In this document: positions 49,794-63,657 of the stretch, in pieces | Position numbering within the stretch: the stretch's first letter is position 1 | Layout: the number at the start of each line of letters is the position of its first letter | Origin: Mobula hypostoma | Lineage: Eukaryota | Length of the DNA stretch: 64,000 bases | Assembly: GCF_963921235.1 (NCBI RefSeq) | Contig: NC_086097.1 | Span: 25,732,001 to 25,796,000, forward strand | Direction of reading: 5' to 3' | Position numbers and translations under genes: made by a program | Notes under the pieces: generated by a model | Told to the model about the DNA's origin: nothing | The model's database searches: none | What the model saw: the letters and a program-made list of their open reading frames with translations, nothing else

Positions 49794-51635
49794 ATGGCGG
49801 AGGCTCCACCAAAGAAGACGAAAATGTACAAATTCCACCCAGAATGGGAAGAGGAATTCCTGTTTACCTTGGTGAAAGACAAGTGTGTACGTATGTTGTG
49901 CCACCAAACACAAGCACTGACTAAAAGAGGGAATCTGGAGAGGCACCACAACACCAACCATCAGGAATTTAACAGACACCTACCCCCCAAAGAGCACAAT
50001 CCGTGCCAGGACAGTTGAGGAGCTGAAATCTGGGTTGAAGGCCCAGCAATCATTTTTCAGAAAACATGCTGCTCAAAATAAGGCTGCTATTGAAGCATCA
50101 TTTCATGTAAGTCACCTTTTGGTCAAACACAAGAAGCCCTTTACAGATGCCGATTTATTCAAGGAAGCAATGGCCATTACTGCAGAGACTGTTTTTAATG
50201 ACTTTAAAAACAAAAACGACATCACAACCGCAATACATAATATACCGCTTGGCCCTGCAACAGTGACAAGGAGGGTAGAGTCACTGTCAGAGGACGTGGA
50301 TCGACAAGTGCTAAAGGACTTGTCACTCTGTGAATATTTTTCACTACAGTTCGATGAATACCTGAATGTAATGCAAACAGCTCAGCTTGTATTTGTCAGA
50401 ATAGCTTTCCAGGGTTTTACAACAAAGGAGGACTTCCTCACTCTTTTGCAATTAAAGGAGAGAACGAGAGGTGAGGATATTTACAATGAGTTTAAAAAAT
50501 ATGTCCGTGAAAATGACATCCCCATTCATAAACTGGTGGCAATTACTACTGATGGGGCCCCAGCAATGCACGGTGTGTGCGTTGGTTTTATAGCACTGTG
50601 CTGTAATGGCCCTGATTTTCCCAACTTCCTGAATTATCACTGTGTGATTCATCAGCAGGCCTTGGCTGGGAAGGTCATGGACTTTTCTCATGTAATGACA
50701 GTGGTGGTCAAACTGATGAACTTGATTCGAGCAAAAGCGCTTTGCAATCGCTTATTTGAGGCGTTATTGGATGAGCTCGATGCCTCTTACGGAGACATAA
50801 TTCTTCATGCTGACGATCGGTGGTTGAGTCACGGGAAAGTGCTGCAACGATTTGTTGACTTGCTGCCTGAGATAAAGGACTTTTCTGTCCACAAGAAACG
50901 AGAAACACGAGGAACTGTCAGATGATGCGTGGCTACTGGATTTAGTGTTTCTGACAGACCTAACAGCTAAATTAAATGCACTTAACAATGAGCTCATGGG
51001 AAAATACCAACACCTGCCCCACATGATAACCGCAGTAAATGCGTTTAAGGCCAAGCTCTGTATTTGGATTTCAAATTTAAAGAATGGGAGGCTGACACAT
51101 TTTTCCAACTTGGAGAAAATGTTACAGGCCATCAAGGAAAAAAGTGCTTTTCGCCCTGAGCGGTACTGTGCTTACCTAGACAAACTGGCAATAGAGTTCG
51201 ATTGGCGTTTTGGGGAGTTAAACATCATGAAAGATATTGCTGCATTTATGTCAAACCCATTTCTGCCTATTGATATAGAACAGATAGCAGCCAAATTCCA
51301 GCAAGTGTTTGGTGTGCCAAGTGATATTGAAATGGAAATAATTGATTTACAAAATGACATCGAGCTTAAAGCAAGATCAAGGGAGGGTGACTTTTGGTGG
51401 CTTGTCAGCAGGGAGAAGTTTCCTCATTTCACCAGGTGCACTAAAAGTCAGTGCCTATTTCGGGTCAACTTATCTGTGTGAAATTGCATTTTCACAGATG
51501 AAAATTATTAAATCTAAGTACAGGAGCTGTCTTACTGACAGACACCTCACAGACTGTCTTAGACTGGCTGTCTGTAGTTATGAGCCAAATTTCAGGGAAC
51601 TAGCAGAAAGTATTCAGCCCCAGTCATCACACTGA
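49794..51635 (+). pseudogene. Frameshifted hAT transposase (GTF2IRD2/EPM2AIP1-like family)
   Basis: BED-like N-terminus, then YFSLQFDE, TTDGAPAM, HCVIHQQAL, RWLSHGKVL and FGSTYLCE motifs spread over four frames, implying about three frameshifts. Confidence 0.88.
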
Positions 51636-51965
51636 TTGCAACAGTCAATTTTTATTCATTTATTTTTCGTGTTGAAATAAAATTAAATAATGAAACTTAG
51701 AATTAAAGGTATGAAGTATTGTAATATTCTTAAAGAAAGACAGCTGTGGCCTGTTCGATATGCTAGTTACATTGTTTTCTTGGTTGAATTAATTTGAAAG
51801 TTTGACAAAAGCATCTTATATAATTCAAATACAATTAGCCCAAATAAAAGGCCTCAAGTTGGAAGTACAATCTGAGTTGTTTTTTCTCTAAACGATTTAG
51901 TAGGTCGATCTTGCCTTTCACTAAGGCTGAGGTTGGGGATCTTGGGCTTAAAAAGGTTGGCGACC

Positions 51966-52183
51966 AATAACTCCAAAAGACTGAAGTAGGGTAAATACTG
52001 AAAGGCTTTTATTCGCAGTAAAATACGACTTCCATGCTGAGTGTCTGCCCCCAGACTGAGAGGGAGGAGCAGGGCGAAATCACCTTTATTCAGGGGACTG
52101 TGGGAGAAGCCACAGGGGCAGTCAGCAGAGGGGTGTGTCCAGACAGTTAATCCAGTTACAACATAAATATATGGTTTACCACA
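51966..52183 (-). mobile_element. LTR-like insertion inside the right TIR of the hAT element
   Basis: Begins TGTGGTAAACC on the minus strand and is flanked by GCGACC / GCAACC. Confidence 0.55.
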
Positions 52184-53270
52184 GCAACCACTACTCTAAA
52201 GCTAACTTAAACACAAGAAGCTCCTGATTCCCAATGTCTTGGTTTCTCTCTGTTGGGGATAGGCTCCTGGAGAAAAATGCACACAGGTGCAGTTTACTGT
52301 CCAAAGATGCCTGTTAGGACCACACAGCACCCATTCCAATATCTGAGGTGTCCACCTCCACGATGAAGGGAAGGTCGAGGTTTGGTGAAACCAAGATGGG
52401 AGCTGATGTAAACTGCTGTTTAAGCTATGGAAAAGCACACTTCACTACAGTAGTCTAGACAAAAGTGCCCATGGATTTCTTAGTTGGCGCCATTGGTGGA
52501 GCTACCACCAAGCTGAAGTTCCTGACGAACTTCTGGTAGAAGTTTGCAAACCCCACAAATCATTGGACCTGTTTGACGCTGGACGGTTGTGGCCAATCTC
52601 TGGCTGAGAGACTCTGATAGCCCACTGAATCCATGTGCGCTCAATCGTACTGTGACGAGAGTCCTTGACGAGGATGGTTTGGACACAAATGCTGCAGTAT
52701 CCGAAGCAAGGATCGAGACGCGGTATTTAAATGGATTGCGATCTGAGCACAAAACAAATGTTAGACAATATCACTAGTAAGCTTACAATTGAGCACCAAA
52801 CCTCAGTTCAGGTGCTCTTTAAATACTCAGTTCTTGATGACCAAAACCAGATTGCCAATTAGTGAGACTGTTCTGAACGCTTAAAGGGGCCGTGCCAGCT
52901 AGCCATACTCTGGAGAGTTAGAGCGTCCAAGTCCCGGAAGCTGGTGCGGTTGGGAGCATTTCATACCAACTTCATCCCCTTCGCAGTAAAGGTCAATGTT
53001 TGTCTTTCTAATGATTTGCCATACCTATGTTCAAACTTTGTGTTTCACTTCAAGGTTCAAGATTTAAAATCATTTAATGTCATTTCCAGTACACGAGTGT
53101 AAAGAGAATGAAATAATTGTTACTCCAGATCCAATGCAGCAAAAAAGAAACACAATAAAGATAAAAAGCACAATAATAATAAAAATATATATAAATACAT
53201 AAGTTAGCTTATATACAGAGATTGATAGCATATCCATAAAGTGACGCTCAACTGTACATAAGGTGACTGA

Positions 53271-53837
53271 TATTGGAAAATGCATTGTATTTTCTATGTA
53301 TTCACTATGTACTCAACAGTATTTACTCAAATGTACACATTGTATTTTCTATATTTACTATGTAACCACTGCTAGCTGAATAGAAGGTAGTCACTATGTA
53401 GCCATGACTTTTGACCTGATCACTATTAATTCATGAAGAGAACTAGAATGAAACCAAGTAGAAAGATAACAGTGGCGAGTAAGGTGATGAAATATGTGGC
53501 AGTATGTTAACGTAAGACTAATTAAGAAATAACTGTGGTTAGGGATGAGAGGACATTGGTCTAAAATGTAAACTAGGACATAATTAAGTTGGGGAGTAAA
53601 ACAATAGTGGAAAGTCAAGAGCGGATATATTGATGATATGTAATCACAGGCCGACTGGATATGATAATGTAGCTAAGATAGGAAATTGCTATAAAAAATG
53701 TTGTATACAAGCCTCGACGGGCAGTCAGCTACTAGCTTTCTGATTGTCTCAACTTTGATTTGCAAATTAAAGTTTAAAACGTCTTGACGAGTTTTCTGCG
53801 TCTCCTTGTCGTTTGTGAGAAACAAGAAACCACGACA
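53271..53837 (+). mobile_element. Solo LTR inserted in a Rex1-like tail
   Basis: TA(TG-like)...CA ends with 4-bp TSD CTGA at 53267-53270 and 53838-53841. TATAAAA and ATTAAA motifs inside. Confidence 0.65.
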
Positions 53838-54967
53838 CTGACAGGTAATGATAAAGTTGTGGTGGTTGAGTGCATGGCGGGGTGGAGTTAGTGGGTGGAG
53901 GTGTCAATCAGCTTACTGCTTGGAAAAAATAACTGTTTTGAGCCTGATGGTCAAAGCCTCCCCCTTGGTAGGAGTGGGACAAACAGCCATGAGCATGGGA
54001 TCCTTCGTGATGTTGCTGGTCATTTCTGGCATCTATCTACATTCATTCAGTATTTCTTGTCACTCTCACTTTCAGCTTCCACCACTGGCTAGCAGTCTCA
54101 CAAATAGGAGAGCTGAATGTGTAAGTCTCTCCCTAAGAGTACACCGCCTCTCCAACAGCAAGCCTCATGTAGTGTCTCCTTGCTGGCGACACACAGAAAC
54201 TGATCTCTTTTCGGAGTCAGGCTGAATTACAGAAGACGGGGAGATCCGGCCCCTGCACAGATCGCACATTGGCCCACCGGCATGTAGACACACCCTGGTG
54301 CCCGTGAACCAGATCCACAGCTAAGGTTAAACAGCCCCACTACCTTGTGGGCACCATCGGGAGAGACGAAGGCTACGGGAGTAAACTCAGACAGAAAATC
54401 CAGAGTGGAGCCCCTAAGGCAGCTGGATGTCATTGAACATCCTCCCAGCAGCTCCTGCATCCAAGCTGGTGCCAAACATATTGTGTCATAAGCTTTTCTT
54501 TGGACTACACTGATGAGGCCGAGAGGGGGATCTTGATGACTGGGCATCCCAGGAACTCCACACCTTCTGCCCAGGATTGAGTCCTGGAGAGGTCACTCTA
54601 GTGCTGCTGTTTGCTGTCCCAGTGTTATAGAGTCATAGAGCACCACAGTGCAGAAACAGACCCTTCAGCCCATTTAATCTGTTCTAAATTGCTATTCTGC
54701 TTAGTTCCATTGACCTGCACCTGGACCATTGCCCTCCATACCCCTCATAGCAAAGTACTTATCCAAACATCTCTTAAATTTTTAATGCAAATCCATATCC
54801 ACTACTTCTGCTGGCAACTTGTATCACCCTCTGAGTGAAGATATTCCTTCTCAGGTCCTCCTTAAATATTTCACCTTTCACTCTTAACCTATGACCTCTA
54901 GTTGTAGTCTCACCCAAACTCAGTGGAAAAAAACCTGCTTGCATTTACCCTATCTTTACCCCTCATA

Positions 54968-57169
54968 TATACTTTAAAAACTATCCAAGCTGCTTGTGGA
55001 CCTGGAAAAGTCCAGGTGAAATCAAATTGACTTTATTACTATAAACCAAAGATTTAGAAACTCAGTGACTCAATGCAAAACATATCCAGGTGCAGACTGT
55101 AATAGTGACCATAACCCAGTAGTATGTAATGTAAAAGTAAAACTTAAAAAAACTAAAGAAGCAAAAATCTGAACAATCCCTTGACTACTCACAATTAAAG
55201 AAGAAAACTTAAGACAAAAATTTACAGTTGAAGTAAGGAATAGATTTCAAAGTCTAGAAATAGAATCTGTTGAAGATGATAGCAATCATGTAGAAATGAA
55301 GTTTAACTCTCTAAAGGATGCCTTGGTAGAATCAGCAAAGTCAGTGATTCCTAAAAAAGAAAAAAGCACCAAGAATAAATGGATGATGAATGAAATCAAA
55401 AATCTAATGGAAGAAAAGAGACGGAAGAAAGCAAATCCTATAGAAGATAAGTCCTTAGATTAAAAAAAGTTAAAAGCTTATGTCAAAAAGCCAAAGTGGG
55501 ATGGTTAAATTAGGAAGAACAGAAAGAATCCCTATTACTGATCCAAAAAAGGTTACATTAACAAATCAAGAATATCACTGGTAAAAAGCTCCTCTGTTCT
55601 TCAGGTGGATGTTTGAAAGCAAAGGACAGTACCATTATCATGGAAAAAGATGAGATTATGAACAGATGGACTGAGTATATTCAGGAATTGTTTGAAGACG
55701 ATTGAGGTGAAAAACCAGAAATTAAGAAAAACATTGAAAGTCCAAGTACAGTATTTTAAAATCTGAAGTTTGTAATGGAATAAATAAGATGAAGAAAGGA
55801 AAGGCAGCAGGTCCTGATGAATTAGTAATAGAAAAAACTATTGCCCTTGAAGATTATGGAATTGAAAAACTTACTGATTTAATCAATGACATTTATGAGA
55901 CTGGAATAATACCAGAAGAGATGAAAAAAATCAGTATTTATCACTCTTCCTAAGAAACCTGCAGTAATAAAATGTGAATTACATAGGACCATAAGTTTAA
56001 TGAGTCATATCACCAAGCTATGTGGTTTTGTGAAAGACAAAGGGTACAAGGAACGCAATATTGATGTTAAGGATACTATCAGAATGAGCTATTCAAATGC
56101 AAAAAGATTTGTTTGTTTATCGACTACACAAAAGCATTTGATAAAGTGCACAATAAGTTATTTGAAATATTACAGGAAACTCTAGATCTAGATTCAAAAG
56201 ACCTCCGCCTAATCAGAAATCTGTACTGGGAACAAACTGCTGCTGGAAGAATAAATGGAGAAGTGAGTCAGTTTACAAAAATCAAGAGAGGCGTTAGACA
56301 AGGGTGTGTTTTCTCCCCTGATTTATTTGATGTGTACAGTGAAACAAGATTACAAAAAATAACAGACATCTAGGGAATCAAAGTTGGCGGTGAAAAGTCA
56401 ATAATTTTAGATATGTGGATGATACTGTGTTAATGGCAAGTACGGAGGAAGAATTACAAAACTTAATTGATATAGTTGTTGAAGAAAATGCAAAAATGAG
56501 TCTATCTATCAATTGCAAAAAGACAGATTGTTATGGTGATAACCAGAAAGAAGGAGAATCCTATCTGCAGGCTGAGAATAAACAGGGAAGACATAAAACA
56601 GGTACAGAACTTTTGCTACTTAGGAAGCTGAGTGACATCAGATGACAGGTGCGACATGAACAGTAAAAGAATAGGGATGGCAAAAGACACCGTTACGAGA
56701 ATGAAGAGTATACTGACCAATACTAAACCCGCCTCAGAGTATTGAAATGTTACGTTTATCCAGTTATGTTTTATGGCTCAGAATGTTGGACAATATCTAG
56801 TAACATGAGGAAACAAATTGAACAGCAGAGATGTGGTTTTTGAGGAGGATGCAAAGAATATCATGGACAAAATGAATATCTAACGAGGATGTTATGAACA
56901 GAGCAAACACAAAAAGAGAAATAATATATGAGATCATGAAAAGGCAACATAACTTCATTGGACATGTGATTAGGAAAGAGGAGTTAGAATGCACAGTAAT
57001 TATGGGAAAGATTGAAGGGAAGAAAGCAAGGGGAAGACAAAGACAAATGATGATGGAGACAGCAGCCAGAGAACTGGAAATGAATACCAATGAACTGATC
57101 CAAAACAGGAGTGTGTGGGCCATGGCAGTCAAAGCTCAAACTGGGCACGGCACTTGATGACGATGATGA
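54968..57169 (+). mobile_element. 5'-truncated AT-rich RTE-clade LINE nested in a minus-strand CR1
   Basis: WTWKSPG..NQIDF, FIDYTKAFDKV, GVRQGCVFSP and GKIEGKKARGR motifs. (GAT)n tail. 11-bp TSD TACCCCTCATA at 54957-54967 and 57170-57180. Confidence 0.88.
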
Positions 57170-58469
57170 TACCCCTCATAATTTTGTATGCCTCTATCAA
57201 ATTCTCTCTCATTCTCCTCTGCGCCGGGGGGAAAAAGTCCTAATCTATCCAACCTTCACCATTAACTCAGGTCCTCAAAACCCAAAAACATTCTTGTAAA
57301 TCTTCAATCTTATTGATAGCTTTCCTGCAGTTAAGTGACCAGAACTGCACACAGTACTCCAAATTCGTAACAATCTTTTTATAACATCCCAACTCCAGTG
57401 CTCACTACGTTGATTTATGAAAGCTAATGTGCCGAAAGCTCTCTTTACGACCCTATCTGTCTGCTGGTGATGCAACTTGCAAGGGATTATGGATCTGTAT
57501 TCCCATGGGGAAAGGAGAGACTATAGTCTTCTGTAGACTCTCCATTTAAAAAATGTTTTGTGTAATGGGGTAGGTATTTAAAAATATCTTACCCATTTTA
57601 TCAAAGTGGACACCCTCACATTTCTCCATGTTATACTCCAGGGTAGTGAAGTAGACATACATCCCTAAAAAAAAGGTGTAGGGCGCTTCCTTCCGCTAGC
57701 CTGCAGGTCACCCTTGGTCAAGGTGTAGCACATAATTATCCCTCTCTGCTCCCCCCCCCCCGCCATGGATCAGAGTCATGTGAAGCCATGGGAATAGGTG
57801 GTGTGTGGCCATATGAGCAGGTGATACACATCACACATTCTGGTTATGCAACCACTGACACTGAAGAGTATTGATAATGGCTGGGGCCGCCCATCTTGTA
57901 AAGACATTGCCCAGAAGAAGACGATGGCAAACCCTTTCTGTAAAAAAATTTGCCAAGAAAAATCATGGTCATGGGAAGACCATGATCACCCACATCATAA
58001 AACACAGCACATAATGAAAGAACAAATATTCTATTGCCATATAGCTGCCCACTTACTTAATCTATCTACATCCCTCTGCACACTCTTCACTTCCTCTGCA
58101 CAAATTAATATCCAGTTTGCCAAATGCAGCATACTTCCTAAGAATATAAGATTCCACAGATGTGGACTTTCAGGAAGAAGGTGTCAGGATAGGAAACAGG
58201 CTTTGAGTTTGATACAGTGAGAGTGCAGAGTGCCCTGCTCATAGAGGTTGGAAGATAAAGGGAGAGGGAAGGAAAGGAACTGTCAATGTTTTGGACTGAA
58301 ATCTGAATCAGTCCTTACCGCCCAAACCACATAATGACTGAAACGCCAAAGGAACATGAAAATGTGTGATAAGAAAAACGTACAACATTGATCTGATGGC
58401 TTACTTGCCCTATGGGAGATATTTTTTATTCTGAAGAATGATTATCTTATCAGTAAAGAGTATATCAGG

Positions 58470-58791
58470 AACACAAGTGATTCTGCAGATGCTGGAAATC
58501 CAGAGTAGCACATACAAAATGCTGGAGGAATTCACCAGGTCAGGCAGCATCAACGGAGAGGAATAAAGGGCCAGCATTTTGGGCCAAAGGGTCTCAGCAT
58601 AAAACGTCGGCTCTTTATTCCTCTCCAAAGATGGTGCCTAGGCTGCTGGGTTCCCACAGCATAATGAATACGGGGGCACAAGAGAGTGCACGTGCTGGAA
58701 TCTAGAGTAATAAAGAGTCAAATGGAGAAATTCAAGAGATCGAGCAGCATCCATGGAAGGAACTGTCAATGTTTTGGACTGAAATCTGAAT
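58470..58791. repeat. Decayed Penelope-derived ends
   Basis: GATTCTGCAGATGCTGGAAATCC..GCTGGAGGAA family sequence, with an inverted arm at ~58590-58660. Confidence 0.65.
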
Positions 58792-59469
58792 AGAGCTGTT
58801 TAAATTACGTTACAGAGGTGTTCAAATTATGCTGGGAGGAGGTGGCTGTAGATAAAGTGAATTCACACAGTCTTGTTTACAGAGGAAGAGATTCAAAAAA
58901 GTAGAGGGCATAGGCTTAATGTGAGAGGGGAAATATTTGAAAGGGACCTGAGGGACAACTTCTTCACACAGAGGGTGGTGGGCACGTGGAACAAGTTGAC
59001 AGTGGAAGTAGTTGAGCTGGTATTATTACAATATTTAAAATGCATTTAGACAAGGTATATGGATAGGAAAGGTTTAGATAATTATGGCCAAATGGAATAG
59101 ATTAAATAGACATCTAGACTGGCATGGGCAAGTTGTGCCAAAGTATCTGTTTCTGCACTGCATTGCACCATGATTCTCTGACCCGTTGAGTTCCTCCAAA
59201 TGACTATTTGTTGCCTGGGAGTATGCGGGTCAGGAATGGTGGAGGGGAATAGGTGTGGTAGGATAGTGATGGTGGAGTAGAGGGTGGGACAGTAGCTTAG
59301 CATAGCAGCTTTACAACACCAGCAGTCACTGATCAGGGTTCAATTCCCGCCACTGTCTGTAAGAACTTCGTATGTTCTCTCCATGACCGCATGTGTTGCC
59401 CCTGGCTTCCCCCAGTTTCTTCCTACATTCCAATGTTGTACCATTAGGGTTAGGTAGTTGCAGGCATGC

Positions 59470-60880
59470 TATAAGATAGAGGAGCAGAATTAAGCCATTT
59501 GGCCCATCCAGTCTACTCCACCATTTCGTCATGGCTGATCCATTTTTCCTCTCAACCCCAATCTCCTGCCTTATCCCAGTATCTCTTCATGCCCTGACCA
59601 ATCAAGAATCTATCAACCTCTGCCTTAAATATACTTAAAGACTAGGCCTCCACAGCTGGAAAGAAATTCTTCCTCACCTCCGTTCTAAAAGGACGCCCAC
59701 TATTCTGAGGCTGTGTCCTCTGATTTTAATCTCTCCCGCCACAGGAGACATCCTCTCCACATCCACTCTATCAAGGCCTTTTACCATTTTATAGGTTTCA
59801 ATTAGGTCTCCCCTCATTCTTCTGAATTCTAGTGAATACAGGCCCAAAGCCATGAAACACTCTTCATATGACAAGCTGTTCAATCCTGGTATCATTTTTG
59901 TGCATCTCCTTTGAATCCTCTCCAGTTTCAGCACATCCTTTCTAAGATAAGGGGCACAAAACTGCTCACAATATTCCAAGAGAGGCCTCACCAGTCCTTT
60001 ATAAATTCTCAACATTACATCCTTGCTTTCATATTCTAGTCCTCTTGAAATGAATGCTAACACTGCATTTGCCTGCCTCACTACAGACTCAACCTGTAAA
60101 TTAATTTCTAGGTAACCCTGCACAAGGACTCCTAAGTCTCTTTGTGCCTCAGTTTTTTGTATTTTCTCTCCATTTAGAAAATAGTCAATCCTTTCATTTC
60201 TTCTACCAAAGTGCATGAGCATACACTTCCCGACACTGTATTCCATCTGCCATTTCTTTTCCCATTCTCCTAATCTGTCAGTCCTTCTGTAACCCCTCTA
60301 TTTCCTTAAAACTACCTGTCCCTCCACCTATCTTCATATCATTCGCAAACTTTGCAACAAAGTCATCAATTCCATCATCCAAATCATTGACATATAACAT
60401 AAAAAGAATCAATCCCCACACTGCCCCCTTTGGGACACCATTAGTCACTGGCAGTCAAGCAGGAAAGGCTCCCTTTATTCCCACTCTTTCCCTCCTGCCA
60501 ATCAGCTACTGCTTTATCCATGACAGAATCTTGGGCTTGTAGCTTGTTAAGCAGCCTCCTGTGTGGCACCTTGTCTAAGGCCTTCTAAAAATCCAAGTAC
60601 AGAACATTATTCAATTCTCCTTTGTCTATCCTGCTTGTCATTTCTTCAAAGTATTCCAACAGATTTGTCAGACAAGATTTTCCCTTGAATAAACCATGTT
60701 GACTACGGTCTATTTCATCATGGGCCCCCAAGTACCCTGAGACCTCATCCTTAATAATCGACTCCAACATCTTCCCAGGAGTGACATTTGCAATTTTTCA
60801 GTCTTCCAGAACCATTCCAGAATCTCATGATTCTTGAAAGATCATTATTAAAGCCTCCATGATCTCTTCAGCCACCTCTG
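59470..60880 (-). mobile_element. CR1 LINE ORF2 fragment
   Basis: QRDLGVLV, LEYCEQF and GKSCLTNLL motifs. Confidence 0.88.
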
Positions 60881-62084
60881 ATGTTGGTGCCAGAAGCATG
60901 GTGACACTTGCAGGCTTTCCTCCAGTACAATTCTCAGACTGTGTTGGTTGTTGACGCAAAACAACATATTTCACTGTACAATTTGCTGCTTTGTTGTACA
61001 TGACAAATAAATCTAATTTCGATCAGTACAGGTTGACTCAACCTATACTGCTTGTGATTAACCTTACTTGGAAACCCTGTGGGAAAATGCATGGTGCATG
61101 TATAGAATCTCCAATACGCATGTTGGATTTGGATTCAGTCATAGTGTCATAGAGATGTAGAGCTCGGAAAAGACCCTTCAGCCCACCCATGTCCATGCCA
61201 ACCATGAAAGGAATCAAGTTAATTCCTTTTCCCAATACTTGGCCAACATCCCTCTCAACCCTTGTTATCCATGTATCTATCCACATCCTACATGTATCTA
61301 ATGTACCTGCCTCAACCACTTCCTCTGACAGCTGCTACCATATACAATATCTACCACCCATTGAGTAAGATAGTTGCCCCTTGGGTTCTTATTAAACCTT
61401 TCACTGCTAACCTTAAAACCAGTAAAGAAGACAATGGCAGATATGGACAGATCAGAATCATAGTCAGGTTAACTATCACTAATATATGTTGTAAAATTTG
61501 TTCTTTTTCTGATAGCAGTACAGTGCAAGACATAAAAATTACTATAAGTTACAAAAATAAATTAAAAAAAGCACAAAGGAGGAATAGTATGTCCATGGGC
61601 CATTCAGAAATCTGATGGCAGAGGTTCCTAAAACACTGAGTGTGTGTCATCAGACTCCTGTTCCTCCTTCCTGAGGTTAGTAACGTGAAGAGAGCATGCC
61701 ACCTTCTTCAGCTGATGTAAATTGGAAATTAGCAAGAAATTAGGATGGCAGCAATTATGAGGAAAAATTGGAAGACAATCCACAAGACTCAATCACATTT
61801 ACTTTCCCCAATCCGTGAGGCTCATCTTCCCCTATTAACCCACCTTACCACCACTACTGTATCATTTCCTGTCTGAGTCACCTTATGTACAGATACACCT
61901 GTACCCAGCATCACTTTATGTACATACAGTCAGTCTATGTATATAACACTGGACTACGAAGATTTTGCTCTCTGAATGCTTTTGGGTATATCTATGGATT
62001 TTAGGCTGCTGATCATGAAAATCTCCAGGAAATTTTGAAATTGCCTGTATTTGCTGTTTCAATTCATAATTCAAGTCGATTCAG

Positions 62085-62835
62085 AATCAGAATCAGGTTT
62101 ATTATCGCCGCCATGTGTCGTGAAATTTGTTAGCTTAGCAGCAAGTTCAACACAATACATGACATAAAAGAAGAATAAATAAATAATCTATATATTACAG
62201 TATATGTATCTTGAATAGATTAAAAATCATGCAAAAACAAAAATAATATACATTAAGAAAGTGAGGTAGTGTTCATGGGTTCAATGTCCATTTAGGAATC
62301 AGATGGCAGAGGGGAAGAAAAGCTGTTCCTGAATCGCTGAGTGTGTGCCTTCAGACTTCTGTACCTCCTACCTGATTGTAACAGTGAGAAAAGGACATGC
62401 CCTGGGTGCTTGAGGTCCTTAATAATGGACGCTGCCTTTCTGAGACATCGCTCCTTGAAGATGTCCTGAGTACTTTGTAGGCTTGCAACCAAAATGCAGT
62501 CGACTAAGCTTACAACCCTCTGCAGCTTCTTTCGGTCCTGTGCAATGGACCCCCATACCAGACAGTGATGCAGCCTGTCAGAACGCTCTCCACGGTACAA
62601 CTATAGAAGCTTTTGAGTGTATTTGTTGACATACAAAATCTCTTCAAACTCCTTATGAAGTATAGTCACTGTCTTGCCTTCTTAAACGTCATCGATATGT
62701 TGGGACCAGGTTAGATCCTCAGAGATCTTGATACCCAGGAACTTGAAACTGCTCACTCTCTCCACTTCTGATCCCTCTATGAGGATTAGTATGAGTTCCT
62801 TCATCTTACCCTTACTGAAGTCCACAATCAGCTCT
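62085..62835 (-). mobile_element. Rex1/Babar-like LINE 3' fragment
   Basis: KLQRVV..AASIIKD..HPGH..SGRRYRSL..RFRNSF motifs and a (TTCTGA)n tail. Confidence 0.8.
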
Positions 62836-63399
62836 TTCGCCCACAATGTAAGCCGAAATGTTTCTATCTTGGCATGCTTAGGCAGGGTGGATACTGCATG
62901 GCAGAACAGGTTTTAGAAAGGTTATAAAAGCATCAAGCACACACCCTTCTATGCATTGCATTTACATTTTATTGGTTTGCAATCACATTGATGCGTATGC
63001 TCTATGCGTATAGCATATTGTGTGTACTCATTATAATAAAGTAATTGATTTTTTTCAGGAGTATTTGTGATAGCAAAATGCCTCGCCACTGTTGCGATAG
63101 CTGCAATACTTTGTTATATTTATGCCGAGGATATGCTTAAATCCCAAAGACGGAGCATGACTCCACTTATTAAGAAAGTCAATGAGCTCTAATTTGGGTG
63201 TAAAATTGGTAACCAAGACAAAGCCCATAGATGCTGCCTGGCTTGCTGAGCTCCTCCAGCATTTTGTGTGTGTTAATCAGCAGCTGAGCAGCATCTGTGG
63301 GGAGAGGGGGAAGTAAAGGTCAACGTTTGGGGCCTGTTTCTATGCTTCAAAATACACTACAACCCGTTGCACCGACAGTGGAACGAAAGAGAGTAAGAG

Positions 63400-63657
63400 C
63401 TTCTAAATAGTGCATTTTCAAAAACTGGTTCATTGCTTCCCGTTTGCAATTGTTTGAACAGACAAGGTAGAGGAGGACGGTAAACTGTCAATCAACTCGC
63501 AGCTCCTGGGATCACCAGCGCTGGCCTTTGCAAACCTGCGTGAGTACTCCTGGCGGCGGGAACTCGAATGTAACGCTGCAATATTATTTTGGGAAGTTAG
63601 AGAAAAGATTTGCAAGCTTCCTTGAATGGTTTGCCCTGAGGGAGACTGAGTCGGACG
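63400..63657 (+). promoter_or_regulatory. TSHR: CpG-enriched TSHR proximal promoter / 5' UTR region
   Basis: Unique CpG-enriched sequence directly upstream of the TSHR ATG. The TSS cannot be determined from sequence. Confidence 0.5.

Larger units (their letters stand above)
49054..52193 (+). mobile_element. Full-length hAT (Charlie/Buster/SPIN-like) transposon
   Basis: TIRs TAGGGGTCGCCAACC and GGTTGGCGACC..ACTA. 8-bp TSD CTCTGAAG / CTCTAAAG at 49046-49053 and 52194-52201. Confidence 0.88.
46504..52968 (-). mobile_element. Gypsy chromovirus-type (sushi-like) LTR retrotransposon, internally deleted, with nested insertions
   Basis: LTRs at 46504-46748 and 52651-52968 with 5-bp TSD ACTTC. RNase [24 protein letters not shown] is split by a hAT insertion. 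Integrase HSGIVRT..YWWP..CEVC..PWAHVPMD. Chromodomain-like YLTDWERFRPKER at ~46870. Confidence 0.82.

Noticed and set aside
49794..51635. Domesticated GTF2IRD2/ZBED-like host gene
   Set aside because: Frameshifted and flanked by TIRs and a TSD, so it is a transposon copy.
63356..63368. ACTACA motif upstream of TSHR
   Set aside because: Lacks the downstream TCCCA half of the motif.
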